Part shown: positions 9,255-18,972 of the stretch, piece by piece | How positions within the stretch are numbered: position 1 is the stretch's first letter | Layout of the letters: each line of letters opens with the position of its first letter | Source of the DNA: Candidatus Woesebacteria bacterium | Lineage (GTDB): Bacteria; Patescibacteriota; Microgenomatia; UBA1400; UBA1396 | Assembly (NCBI GenBank): GCA_963749595.1 | Contig: CAVVNJ010000008.1 | Location: 107,241-171,240, forward strand | Reading direction: 5' to 3' | DNA: 64,000 bases | The notes under the pieces: generated by a model | The model's input: the letters and a program-made list of their open reading frames with translations, nothing else | Told to the model about the DNA's origin: nothing | Databases searched by the model: none | Position numbers and translations under genes: made by a program

Positions 9255-10853
9255 TTATTTCAATTTTCCGCTGTCCGTGGATGGTGGTTCGGAACTCCAG
9301 GTTTCCAGTGTCAGCACCCCGATTCTTTTTTGTCGCCATAGATAGCCGCCGATAGTAGTTTCCCGGTACCAGGGAACAAAGCGCTTCTCTGGGATTTGAT
9401 AATCTGGCTCCATTAATAAGTACCATTTTGTCTCGCCGCCGGAGCGGACGGTCATCGGAACCGGCCGATCAAGTTGGCGGGCTTTCCAGTGGATGAGGTA
9501 GTCGTATTGCTCAGTCTGGCTGTTGGGAGTGAAGACGCGCACGAACGGTTGGTTGATTTTGTCTTCAGTGCTCCAATCGAAGATCTGGCTGACCGCTTGA
9601 TCCATGCTTTTTAGTCCGGCTTGGTTATTATTTTCGAACCAGTAAGCCGAGGCATGCATTACGCTGCCGGCCAACAATACACCAAGGAGGAGCACCGCCC
9701 AGTCCCTAGCAGGATAAAGTTTTTTTATGGCAGAGTCTAAATGATTTTTCGCTAATTCCGTCAATCCGGTGAGTAGCAGCGGTGCCAGAAAAATGAAATG
9801 AGCGGTTAGGTAGTAGACGAAAAAGTTGCCGTAGTTGCCGCGCCAGACCAAAAAGAAGGGGTAAGGAATAATGGCAAAAATCGTCAGCAGCTTCCAACCA
9901 AAGTCTCGTTCGGAGTTTGATTTCCGCTTATTCCAGATCGCTTTCAGGGCAAGCAGCAATATCGCAACGACGAGTAAAGCCAATAACCGTCCTTGCTTCC
10001 CAAACCCTCCCAGGAGCAAAGACATTGTTGTCCAGTACAACTCGCCGGGCCGATGACTTAATAGGTAGCCCCAGGTGGCTAATCGGCTTGGGTCGGCTAA
10101 CGCAGCTAGTAGCGACCGAGTCATGATCCAGTTATTGCGCAGTTCAAACAACAGTTGGGGAATCAAAGTCACGCCGATGGCGACCGCTGTGCCAAAAACA
10201 TCGACGATACTTACCTGTTTACGAATCCAAGGAATAAGCAAGAATAACGGGATAATGAAGAACACGGCGTAAGCGAACTCGGCCTGCAGGTTCAGGGCCA
10301 GCAGGAAAAAACCCAACCAGAGCAACCAGCGGCTGGATCGGCCTTTCCATAGTGCCAGGAAAGCGGCGGACATTAAGGGCAAGGTTATTAGCGGATTCCA
10401 AATCATGGCGCTCCCGGTGATACTGCCTGGCAAAAAAGCCAGGAGATAAGCGGCAACGATCGCCAGTCGGCGCGAGGCAAATAATTTATGACTAATCAGC
10501 CAAAAAAGCGGCAAAGCCAAGCTAGCCAGAAAAATGTACCAAAGGCAAATGCCATAGGGATTGCCGCCACTCAGCCAGTATCCTGGCAATCCGACGTAAT
10601 ACCATAGCGGCCCCAGAAAAAACCCCGGGAGACCGCTGGTGGGTCCAACTAAGACCGGGTCACCATGGGCGATGCGTTCCAGTACGAAAGCGTCACGGCC
10701 CTGGTCCCAAGTGAAAAACAAGAAATTGCGGTAGTTCCAAAATCTGGCCAATAATCCAAGTAATATATAAAGAAGAAAGGCAGTGTTTTTTTTGATCCGT
10801 ATCCACAACCCGACCATAACACTTATCTTGACTCGCCTGGTAGATAAAAGCAA
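9255..10853 (-). CDS. GT-C fold membrane glycosyltransferase (GT39-like paralog)
   Basis: 532 aa multi-TM with the same loop TWDQGRDAFVLERIAHGDPVLVGPTSG. Confidence 0.55.
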   Translation of the reverse strand: MLLSTRRVKISVMVGLWIRIKKNTAFLLYILLGLLARFWNYRNFLFFTWDQGRDAFVLERIAHGDPVLVGPTSGLPGFFLGPLWYYVGLPGYWLSGGNPYGICLWYIFLASLALPLFWLISHKLFASRRLAIVAAYLLAFLPGSITGSAMIWNPLITLPLMSAAFLALWKGRSSRWLLWLGFFLLALNLQAEFAYAVFFIIPLFLLIPWIRKQVSIVDVFGTAVAIGVTLIPQLLFELRNNWIMTRSLLAALADPSRLATWGYLLSHRPGELYWTTMSLLLGGFGKQGRLLALLVVAILLLALKAIWNKRKSNSERDFGWKLLTIFAIIPYPFFLVWRGNYGNFFVYYLTAHFIFLAPLLLTGLTELAKNHLDSAIKKLYPARDWAVLLLGVLLAGSVMHASAYWFENNNQAGLKSMDQAVSQIFDWSTEDKINQPFVRVFTPNSQTEQYDYLIHWKARQLDRPVPMTVRSGGETKWYLLMEPDYQIPEKRFVPWYRETTIGGYLWRQKRIGVLTLETWSSEPPSTDSGKLK

Positions 10854-10905
10854 GCTCAGTAGTTTTAACCTTGACTAACATTTTTAGCTACGATACAGTT
10901 TAACC

Positions 10906-12201
10906 ATGATCAAAAGCTTGGCGGAAATCCACGCCAGTATCCCGATTAAGCCTCATTATTCCTGGTGGCGGAAGTTTTTTGCCTTCGCCGGTCCTGGTTA
11001 TCTGGTAGCGGTTGGTTACATGGATCCCGGTAACTGGGCGACGGACTTGGCTGGGGGATCCACCTTTGGCTATACCTTGCTGAGCGTAATCCTTGCCAGC
11101 AACGTTATGGCCATGATCTTGCAGCACTTGTCGGTCAAATTAGGGATCGTGTCCGGGCGCGACCTTGCCCAGGCTTGTCGTGACAACTACTCACCTCGAA
11201 TGCGGTGGATACTTTGGCTTATGGCTGAGGTCGCTATCACCGCCTGCGATCTGGCCGAAGTGATTGGTTCGGCAATTGCTCTGCAGTTGTTATTTGGGTG
11301 GCCGATTATGGCGGGAGTGATTTTGACTTCGCTCGATGTGCTGATCCTGTTACTGCTGCAAAATCGAGGTTTGCGCTATCTCGAAATTTTGGTCATTAGT
11401 CTGATCAGCGTGATTATCGGCAGTTTTGCTTTGGAGATCTTTTGGTCGCAGCCGAGTTGGTTGCCGCTGGTCCGAGGATTTCTGCCCACGATCGAGCTGC
11501 TCAAGAACCGGGAGATGCTCTATATCTCCATCGGGATTTTGGGGGCGACGGTCATGCCGCACAATCTATACCTACATTCGGCCCTGGTACAGACTCGCGG
11601 CATTGACGGATCGGAAAAATCCAAAAAGGAAGCGATCTTTTTTGCCACGCTCGATTCGTCGGTCGCTTTGTCAATCGCTTTTTTCGTCAATGCCGCCATT
11701 CTGATCGTTTCGGCTGCCGCTTTTTATGTCCGGGATGTTGGCGTGGTCGCGGAAATTCAGGATGCCTATCATTTACTTTCGCCCGTCCTTGGGGTTGGTC
11801 TGGCGAGTCTGGTTTTTGCTTTAGCGCTACTTAGTTCCGGTCACAACTCAACAATAACCGGAACCTTAGCCGGTCAAGTGGTGATGGAAGGTTTCATTAA
11901 TTTACGACTCAAACCTTGGCAAAGACGTCTCCTGACCCGTTTATTGGCGATTGTTCCCGCCCTATTGGTAGTTTGGCTCTACGGGGCACATGGTCTGGCT
12001 CGATTATTGGTTTTGAGCCAGGTGGTTCTAAGTTTGCAGCTGCCGTTTGCCGTGATTCCCTTGGTGGCTTTTACCAGTGACCAACAATATTTAGGTCGCT
12101 TTGCCAACTCGAGTTGGTTGAAAATTTCGTCCTGGGCAATTGCTGGTATCATAACCGTACTAAACCTCTGGTTGATCGTTCAGATAATAATTGGAGAGTA
12201 G
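10906..12201 (+). CDS. mntH: NRAMP-family divalent metal (Mn2+/Fe2+) transporter
   Basis: 431 aa; GPGYLVAVGYMDPGNWATDLAGGS contains the NRAMP DPGN signature; 11 TM helices. TTGACT-N17-TACAGT promoter-like pair at about 10873. Confidence 0.85.
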   Translation: MIKSLAEIHASIPIKPHYSWWRKFFAFAGPGYLVAVGYMDPGNWATDLAGGSTFGYTLLSVILASNVMAMILQHLSVKLGIVSGRDLAQACRDNYSPRMRWILWLMAEVAITACDLAEVIGSAIALQLLFGWPIMAGVILTSLDVLILLLLQNRGLRYLEILVISLISVIIGSFALEIFWSQPSWLPLVRGFLPTIELLKNREMLYISIGILGATVMPHNLYLHSALVQTRGIDGSEKSKKEAIFFATLDSSVALSIAFFVNAAILIVSAAAFYVRDVGVVAEIQDAYHLLSPVLGVGLASLVFALALLSSGHNSTITGTLAGQVVMEGFINLRLKPWQRRLLTRLLAIVPALLVVWLYGAHGLARLLVLSQVVLSLQLPFAVIPLVAFTSDQQYLGRFANSSWLKISSWAIAGIITVLNLWLIVQIIIGE

Positions 12202-12585
12202 ATGACTCAACGGCGATTAAGCGAACCAAACGAAGACTATTTGGAGCGCATTTGCGAGCTCCTGGAGGATAAGGGCTACGCCCGCGTTTCGGATATTGGC
12301 GATCGACTTGGGGTGAAACCGGCCTCAGTCTCGCGCATGCTGCAGAAGCTGGAAGCCATGGGCTATGTGGTGCTGGAACGATATCGAGGTTTTACTCTCA
12401 CCCCCAAAGGAAAAAAAGCCGGACAACGGATCCGCGATCGCCACGCGGTTCTGCAGCGTTTCCTTTCCGCCTTGTCGTTGCCGCAGAACGTAATCGACCA
12501 TGATATTGAGGGTCTGGAACATCATTTAAGCGATGAAACCGTGGCGAAGTTGAAAGACTTACTTGAAAAAATGGTGTACAATTAA
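12202..12585 (+). CDS. mntR: DtxR/MntR-family metal-dependent transcriptional repressor
   Basis: 127 aa: DYLERICELLEDKGYARVSDIGDRLGVKPASVSRMLQKLE wHTH, followed by the dimerisation and metal-binding region. Immediately downstream of mntH (stop TAG directly followed by ATG). Confidence 0.7.
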   Translation: MTQRRLSEPNEDYLERICELLEDKGYARVSDIGDRLGVKPASVSRMLQKLEAMGYVVLERYRGFTLTPKGKKAGQRIRDRHAVLQRFLSALSLPQNVIDHDIEGLEHHLSDETVAKLKDLLEKMVYN

Positions 12586-12600
12586 GTCAAGAAAGTAACT

Positions 12601-12963
12601 ATGGCCACCGAGTCATTATCAGTTCAACCAACCTTTTTTTTCTTGCCTGATAATCCAGTTCGCCACCAGCAGTTGCGGCAAAAGCTGCGTGAATACGAGC
12701 TGAGACTAACGCACGAACATAGTACTTTCCCCAATCAGCCGGTCCAATCCTTGCCTACTTTCTACTCGATCAGAATATTGGAAAGTTTGCTGCAAAACGG
12801 TTTTGTGGATTTTGGCAAAGTTTATCGCCAAGTTGCTAATGAGGTAGGCCGCACGTCTTTCAGACGAGATTTTTTTGAGAACGCCTTTGACGTGATTGCT
12901 GACTACGCGTTAACCGGGGGAAAAAATAATACCCGCCGGTTGTATCCGATTACTATTCGCTAG
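12601..12963 (+). CDS. hypothetical protein
   Basis: 120-aa ORF, no motif recognised. Confidence 0.3.
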   Translation: MATESLSVQPTFFFLPDNPVRHQQLRQKLREYELRLTHEHSTFPNQPVQSLPTFYSIRILESLLQNGFVDFGKVYRQVANEVGRTSFRRDFFENAFDVIADYALTGGKNNTRRLYPITIR

Positions 12964-15123
12964 CCGACGGCGTTTGATCCAAGCTGGGCGATTGTGTCGC
13001 GGATTCGAGCTGCCAGCTCAAAGTTCCAGGCCTTGGCGGCGGAGTTCATAACGCGGGCTAATTGTCGGCTGATGCGTTGTTTATCAAGCGGGGCCATCGC
13101 CGTTGGATCAAGGTCTTCCAGATAAATTACTTCTTTTCCCGATAAGCGAATTTCGGTTTTTCCTTCTGGAGAACCAGTGGTTTTTTCCCAACCCAAGCCG
13201 ACTCGCTTTTCCCTAACCCCATAACTGGTTTCCTTCTCGGTCCGTTTGATCAATTGTTCCCGCACCGGTTTACTAATAGTTTGGGGAATAATATTGTGCT
13301 CCTCGTTGTAGGCCAGTTGAATTTGTCGGCGGCGCGCCGTCTCGTCCATGGCGGCATGCATGGAGCCGGTGATCCGGTCGGCGTACAAAATGACTTGACC
13401 TTCACTATGGCGCGCCGCCCGTCCCATGGTCTGAATTAAAGCGGGAGCCGAGCGCAAGAAACCTTCTTGGTCGGCGTCCAAAATCGCCACTAAGGTTACC
13501 TCTGGTAGGTCCAATCCCTCGCGCAAGCAGGTTGACGCCGATCAGAACGTCGTATACTCCGGTGCGCAGATCGGTTAGAATTTCCGAACGTTGCAGCGTC
13601 TCGACGTCGGAATGCAGATACTGGACTTTGGGCTGTTCGACGGCTTGCTCATAGCCATGACTGGTGAGCAGCGAGTTCATTTTCTTCTTGTTATTCAGAT
13701 ATTCGGTCAACGTCTCGGCCATTTTTTTGGTCAGGGTGGTCACCAGGATCCGCTGACCGCTTTGTTTGCGGACGAATGATCTCGTGTAGCAAGTCCGGGA
13801 TTTGTCCGGCAATTGGCCGCACTTCGACCGGCGGATCGACTAGACCGGTGGGGCGAACGATTTGTTCGATGATTTCACCCTGAGCCAGACCGATCTCTTG
13901 CTCTCCGGGAGTGGCGGAAACATAAATGTTTTGCTTCAACCGCGCCTGAATTCCGGAAACTGCAGCGGACGGTTATCCATCGCCGCCGGCAAGCGAAAAC
14001 CATATTCCACCAGCGTTTCCTTACGCGAACGGTCGCCAAAATACATCCCGCGCACTTGCGGCAGAGTCATGTGGCTTTCGTCAATGACGGTCAGGAATTG
14101 CCATTGCCGAAGGTGTGCGCGTTGTATTGGAAGTAATCGAGCAGGGTATAGGGCGGATCACCGGGTTGGCGACCGTCAAAATAGCGGGAATAGTTTTCAA
14201 TGCCGTTGACAAAACCTAGTTCGCGAATCAAGTCCAGATCGTGCAGCGTGCGTTGTTCCAGACGATAAGCTTCGATGACTTTTCCTTGTGCCTTAAGTTC
14301 AGTCACTCGGACCTGCAAATCAGTCTCGATAGTTTTTAAAGCTTCCCCCTGGTCGCGACCGGCGATATTGTGTTTGGCGGGAAATAATCGATAGCGCTCC
14401 CGGTGGTAGGGATCAACGAAATCTTCCGGCCAACGGTCGCCGGTGGCGGGATCAATTTTTTCAATGGCGACGAATCTCGTCGCCGGGCATGGTTAAAGTC
14501 AGCGCCCAATTTTCCTGAGCCGGCCAAATTTGAATCCGTTCGCCCCGCAGACGAAAAGAGCCGCGGACCAAATCGGCCGTGGTGCGGGTGTATTGCATAT
14601 CAGTCAAACGGTGGAGCAGAGTTTGACGGGGCAGTAGTTCTCCGGCGACGATTTCTAATGAGTGATGGGCAAAGTCCTCCGGGGCGCCAAGATTGTAAAT
14701 GCAGGAAACCGACGCGACGACGATGCAGTCTGGGCGGGAAAGCAAATTGGCGGTGGTGGCGAGGCGAAGTTTGTCAATTTCGTCATTGATTTGTGATTCT
14801 TTTTCAATATAGGTATCCGAGCTAACCAGATAAGCTTCGGGTTGGTAATAATCGTAGTAGGACACAAAGTAGCTAACCGCATTATTGGGGAAAAAATCGC
14901 GAAACTCCTGATAGAGTTGGGCCGCGAGCGTTTTGTTATGAGCAATCACGAGCGTCGGCAGCTGAACGTTTTGAATGACATTGGCGACGGTATAGGTTTT
15001 TCCCGAGCCGGTCACACCCAAGAGGACCTGGTGGGGTTTTCCCTGCCGTAGGTTATCGGTTAATTTAACGATGGCAGCGGGCTGATCACCGGCCGGCTGG
15101 TAGCCCGAAACAAGTTCAAACAT
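12960..15123 (-). pseudogene. uvrB: excinuclease ABC subunit B, full length but broken into at least 5 frame fragments
   Basis: Collinear UvrB pieces in different frames on the minus strand: 14461..15123 (N-terminal helicase domain 1, [10 protein letters not shown]), 14091..14318 ([23 protein letters not shown]), 13691..13939 (YVSATPG...[14 protein letters not shown]), 13405..13812 ([16 protein letters not shown]), 12960..13526 ([25 protein letters not shown]...QTMGRAARH and the C-terminal UvrC-interaction helix). Confidence 0.85.
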
Positions 15124-15154
15124 AAATGTTTATTGTACTTCATTTATCGTGATT

Positions 15155-16882
15155 TTAGGGTTGGAAAGGCCACTTCATTTGAGCTGGGGCGCTGGACTCG
15201 GATTGTCTCCAGGCTTCGCATTTGGAACTGAGATCGCCGCGCTGGTTGTCATTCAAAAGAGTCCCATCATAGGCGACGTATGGTGCCGGCGATTCGTGGA
15301 AGCGGTCAGGTATAAAGAATTCGGCAGCCGCCGGAATCGGCCAGGTGATTCGTTTTTCAGTGATTATCAGAGTCTTCGGTTCAAGGAGCAGGCAAGATAA
15401 TCTTTCATCGCTTACCGTCCGTAGATCGATTCCGGCCAAAACGTTCTTTTCCCGCCAATGGCGACGGTAATCCTGAACCTCCCGGGGATCAATCCGAAGG
15501 TACCAGGCAACAAAAAGGTAATGGTTATTATACGAATCAGCGAAAACGACATGGTTGTACTGATTCTGGTGTTCGGCGGCGTAGAGTGTCGGCGATCGGA
15601 GGTGGCCTTGCCAATCAATCACTGTTTGCTCTGGCACATTTTGCCAATAGGTATGAAGATACCAAGCGGAGTTAGCCAACCACATCCCGAAAACGATGGC
15701 TATAGCAATAATTTTCACTCGCCCGCGGAAATAGCTAACTAACCACTCAATACCCCGCGCCGCGAAATACGCCAGCGGTATGACCATGGGAAAGACCCGG
15801 CCGCTATGAGGTACGTCCTTAGTTAGCATCGCTGCCAGTGGGGAGACTGCCAACCAAATAAAAAATATCCGATCGGTGGCGGAATTTTTTCTGATGGTAG
15901 CCGTGAGACCAAGGAGAAGAAAGGGAAGAGTGATCAGTAATAAATTTTGGGAGGTGGCATGTCGCGAATCCGGGTTGTTGCCAAAAAACAGAAAATCGGG
16001 CGAGAAATGAACTAGGTAGCGTTCCAGAATATCCGGAAGAATGACCAGGAATTTGTTATTGAAAATGCGGAGTGGTCGGCCCCAGATGATACTACTGCGA
16101 TAATAGCCCTCTTGTACCGCCAGCCCAATTTGCGGCGAGTCCAGAATCAGTAGATCCCTAGCCCGCTGCCCGGCTAGGCCAAAAATCGCTTGCCACCAAA
16201 GCCAAATGGCCGCTAATCCGAACGCTACGTACCGCCAAATGTTCTGCCGTATTTTTTTCTTAACGGTCCCGTCTTGGACCAGATTAACGGCGATAAATAA
16301 TAACGGCGTGATGAGACGAATTGAATGGTAGGAATACATCGCTGCCACCAACAAGATTGTTCCCAGCCATTTCTCTTTGCTAGTTTTGCCGAACCAAGCC
16401 CAGAATCCCCAGACCAAAAGTGTCAGTGACAAACCCTGTTCCATGACGGCGCGGCTATAGTGGATGTCCCAAGGCATAACAGCCAAAATGCCTAACGAAA
16501 TTAAGGCGAGTGTTTTTGATTTGGACAACCGCAGAATTAATCCACTTGAACCGGCGATTCCGAGTGTTCCCATGATAGCTGCCCAGGAACGGATGGCCGA
16601 GGCGCTCAATCCGGACAGGGCAACCACCGGCAGCAGAGCATAGGCCATGGCCGCGCTTTTGTAATCGTCGAAAGAGCGAAGAAAAAGAGGCCAGCGGTTT
16701 CCCCACTCGTCCTTCCCGGTTTGCCAGATGCTCCAGGCGTTATAGCTATGCGCCGCCTCGTCCCAGTTGATGCCAACCGGTACCTCTGCCACCCGATATA
16801 AGCGAATGGTAGCGGCCAGCAACAGAACTGACCAGCAAACAAGAGAGAAAGAGTGCTTTTTTACCCAAGGATAGATCGGCAT
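15155..16882 (-). CDS. dolichyl/polyprenyl-phosphate-mannose protein mannosyltransferase-like (PMT/ArnT family GT-C)
   Basis: 575 aa multi-TM; N-terminal loop INWDEAAHSYNAWSIWQTGKDEWG carries the DE motif of PMT/ArnT enzymes. Confidence 0.6.
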   Translation of the reverse strand: MPIYPWVKKHSFSLVCWSVLLLAATIRLYRVAEVPVGINWDEAAHSYNAWSIWQTGKDEWGNRWPLFLRSFDDYKSAAMAYALLPVVALSGLSASAIRSWAAIMGTLGIAGSSGLILRLSKSKTLALISLGILAVMPWDIHYSRAVMEQGLSLTLLVWGFWAWFGKTSKEKWLGTILLVAAMYSYHSIRLITPLLFIAVNLVQDGTVKKKIRQNIWRYVAFGLAAIWLWWQAIFGLAGQRARDLLILDSPQIGLAVQEGYYRSSIIWGRPLRIFNNKFLVILPDILERYLVHFSPDFLFFGNNPDSRHATSQNLLLITLPFLLLGLTATIRKNSATDRIFFIWLAVSPLAAMLTKDVPHSGRVFPMVIPLAYFAARGIEWLVSYFRGRVKIIAIAIVFGMWLANSAWYLHTYWQNVPEQTVIDWQGHLRSPTLYAAEHQNQYNHVVFADSYNNHYLFVAWYLRIDPREVQDYRRHWREKNVLAGIDLRTVSDERLSCLLLEPKTLIITEKRITWPIPAAAEFFIPDRFHESPAPYVAYDGTLLNDNQRGDLSSKCEAWRQSESSAPAQMKWPFQP

Positions 16883-17055
16883 AGCAATTATCTCAATTTA
16901 ACAGCTTGATCACAATTATGCAGAGCGTAATTTCCAGTGATCGATTTTGATCACTTTGAAATGGAAAGATGGAGTTTACAGAGCGGGTTTACTTTGGGTA
17001 TGGTGAATGCAGTTCGGGTAACATTCGCCGTAAAAAAGGCGGAAGGAGTTTAAAC

Positions 17056-17676
17056 ATGGCGGTCACGCTTTATCGCCGGCAGCGGCAGATTGTCGATTTT
17101 ATTGCTCAGTACATACAACTGAATAATTATTCACCCACTTTGCAGGAAATTGCCGACGCCTTGGGTGTTTCTTCTTTGGCTACAGTGCACGAGCACCTGC
17201 AAGCGCTGGAGAAAAAGGCGGTGATCCGCCGGGCCGATGGAGCGATTCGGGGAATTGAATTGCTGGATAGAACCTTTTTGAAGATCACGGAGGGAATCGA
17301 CTTGCCAATTCTGGGTTACGTGGCGGCCGGACGGCCGATTGAGCCCTATACCGATCCTAACGCCACCTTTAAAGTATCACCCCAGTTGATTTCAGGTAAG
17401 AAGCGGGCTTATGTGCTGCAGGTCAAAGGCGACTCGATGATTGAGGACGGTATCTTAGAAAATGATTTCGTGGTCATTGAAGAACAAGACGATGTTCGGG
17501 ACGGGGACATTGTGGTGGCGTTACTGGATAATGGCCTAGCGACTCTAAAGCGTTTCTTTAAGGAGGCGACCAGGGTCCGTCTAGAGCCGGCTAACTCGCG
17601 GATGCAGCCGATTTATGCCAGTAACGTCAAGATTCAGGGGCGGTGCGTGGGACTGATTAGGAAGTTTACGGCTTGA
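17056..17676 (+). CDS. lexA: LexA repressor (S24 peptidase)
   Basis: MAVTLYRRQRQIVDFI... wHTH (SPTLQEIADALGVSSLATVHEHL), AG cleavage site in VAAGRP, catalytic Ser in KGDSM and Lys in ATLKRF. The track ORF starts at 16969, but the ATG at 17056 gives a typical 206-aa LexA with a GGAGTT RBS. Confidence 0.85.
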   Translation: MAVTLYRRQRQIVDFIAQYIQLNNYSPTLQEIADALGVSSLATVHEHLQALEKKAVIRRADGAIRGIELLDRTFLKITEGIDLPILGYVAAGRPIEPYTDPNATFKVSPQLISGKKRAYVLQVKGDSMIEDGILENDFVVIEEQDDVRDGDIVVALLDNGLATLKRFFKEATRVRLEPANSRMQPIYASNVKIQGRCVGLIRKFTA

Positions 17677-17728
17677 TCAACTTAAAACCTTTCGGCATTA
17701 TGATTTCATACTGAGAAGGGAGTAGTTT

Positions 17729-18607
17729 GTGGCACGAATGTCGGCAGATCAATGGTCGGAAAAGATGGCTCGCCTACTAAAACGCGAAGTAATTGGTCGC
17801 GAACTTGAATCTGGATCTGGAGTATCTGTGGCAAAATCGCGAGCCCGTGAGTTCGCTCAAGGAGCTAAACTTAGGCAGACGATAGAACAGTTATTGAATT
17901 CTGAGCTGATTGTCGAAGAAAAAAGGGCCAAACTTGCCGCACAGATTGGTTTGGAGTTACGAAATAAATTTCCCGAGCTGGTCAACTTGAGTCTGGTTTT
18001 GGTCGGCAGCGGCATTCATGGCGGGTCGGTGGTTAGGGAACTAACCGAGAATTATGAAGATACCGACTTAGATTGGGGGGTTATTGCCGATGACGGCCCA
18101 ATCACCAGCGAGGACGAACGCAGGTTAATAGTTGAATATGTGAACCAAGAAATCAAGAAACTGGCGCCACAATTCGGTCTTCCTGACGATTTTCGGGGTT
18201 GTCCTTATTACAATGCAAAGAAATTATACTGTCGCACTTTCCCCACCGTTAACCACTGTTACGACTACCTCTGGAACGGGCCGAGTATTCGTTTTGAGGC
18301 TCGCAACCCACTAATGTTGGCTTTTCAACCTTCATTTCCTGATGATACATTAGAGCGTCAAAGGGATTTTGTATTAGATGCTCTTCATCGTTTATGGCGA
18401 GCATACCCCGCCACATGGCAGGAACGGGTTGATGAAATGGTGAAGGAATGGAAAGAGCACCACACTCTCAAAGAAAAACATCTGATGAGGGATTCATTAA
18501 CCGGTCCCTGGAGATCGAAAAAATTGGCGTGGCAAGTTACGGGCAGCGCTCCTGACTTAATGGCCCGGGGTTTTCAAGCGCTCTTGGAATCGACTAAAGA
18601 AAATTAA
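17729..18607 (+). CDS. Pol-beta-superfamily nucleotidyltransferase-like protein (function unknown)
   Basis: 292 aa; GTG start with a GAGAAGGGAG RBS. VLVGSGIHGGSVVRELTENYEDTDLDWGVIADD fits the [GS]-x(9-15)-DhD minimal nucleotidyltransferase signature, with a further ADD. Helical N-terminus; Cys/His-containing C-terminal region (CPYYNAKKLYC...NHCYDY). Confidence 0.4.
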   Translation: MARMSADQWSEKMARLLKREVIGRELESGSGVSVAKSRAREFAQGAKLRQTIEQLLNSELIVEEKRAKLAAQIGLELRNKFPELVNLSLVLVGSGIHGGSVVRELTENYEDTDLDWGVIADDGPITSEDERRLIVEYVNQEIKKLAPQFGLPDDFRGCPYYNAKKLYCRTFPTVNHCYDYLWNGPSIRFEARNPLMLAFQPSFPDDTLERQRDFVLDALHRLWRAYPATWQERVDEMVKEWKEHHTLKEKHLMRDSLTGPWRSKKLAWQVTGSAPDLMARGFQALLESTKEN

Positions 18608-18972
18608 TTTCTTGGTTGGCAATTCTGGCACCTACCGTACAAGTTCAACTCATGTGACTGGATCGATTTTCCGTCAATCAATGTGGGTAAGTTGAGTGCA
18701 CAGTCAATTTCTTCGACTTGATGACAGTTTAGACAGACAAAATGGTCGTGGTGACGCTCCGCCAGCTCATATTTTGTTTCTTGACCGGTGAAATCATGAC
18801 GAACAATCAGAGCTTGCTCCAGCAGAATTTCTAAAGATCGGTAGACACTCGTTTTGTTAACTTTTCTCATGATCAATAACTCGCCGAGTATTTCCGGTGC
18901 GGAGAAGAGGTGATGTTTCCGCAACAAATTGATTATCTCCGTGCGGAGGAGGGACTGGCGGCGGGCGATCAT
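18604..18972 (-). CDS. Fur-family metalloregulator (Fur/Zur/PerR)
   Basis: 122 aa; wHTH KTSVYRSLEIL, HHDHFVCLNCHQVEEIDC and a C-terminal CxxC. Confidence 0.7.
   Translation of the reverse strand: MIARRQSLLRTEIINLLRKHHLFSAPEILGELLIMRKVNKTSVYRSLEILLEQALIVRHDFTGQETKYELAERHHDHFVCLNCHQVEEIDCALNLPTLIDGKSIQSHELNLYGRCQNCQPRN

Noticed and set aside
6767-10401. Numerous short ORFs inside or antisense to the GT39-like genes (for example 6767..7045, 8121..8564, 9706..9897, 9917..10126)
   Set aside because: They lie within long multi-TM genes with consistent hydrophobic periodicity; no RBS or motifs; typical shadow ORFs.
10854-10905. Possible MntR/DtxR operator upstream of mntH (TTAACCTTGACTAACATTTTTAGCTA)
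   Set aside because: Only weak partial dyad symmetry; does not match the TTAGGTTAGGCTAACCTAA-type boxes convincingly.
14403-15051. Plus-strand ORFs 14403..14789 and 14842..15051, and minus ORF 14655..14945 in the uvrB region
   Set aside because: They lie antisense to, or out of frame with, the uvrB fragment frames; the only recognisable homology (UvrB) is on the minus strand in the listed fragments.
15124-15154. SOS box upstream of uvrB
   Set aside because: The near-palindromic AACATAAATGTT does not match CTGT-N8-ACAG. Only 31 nt separate uvrB from the upstream gene, so its promoter is probably further upstream.
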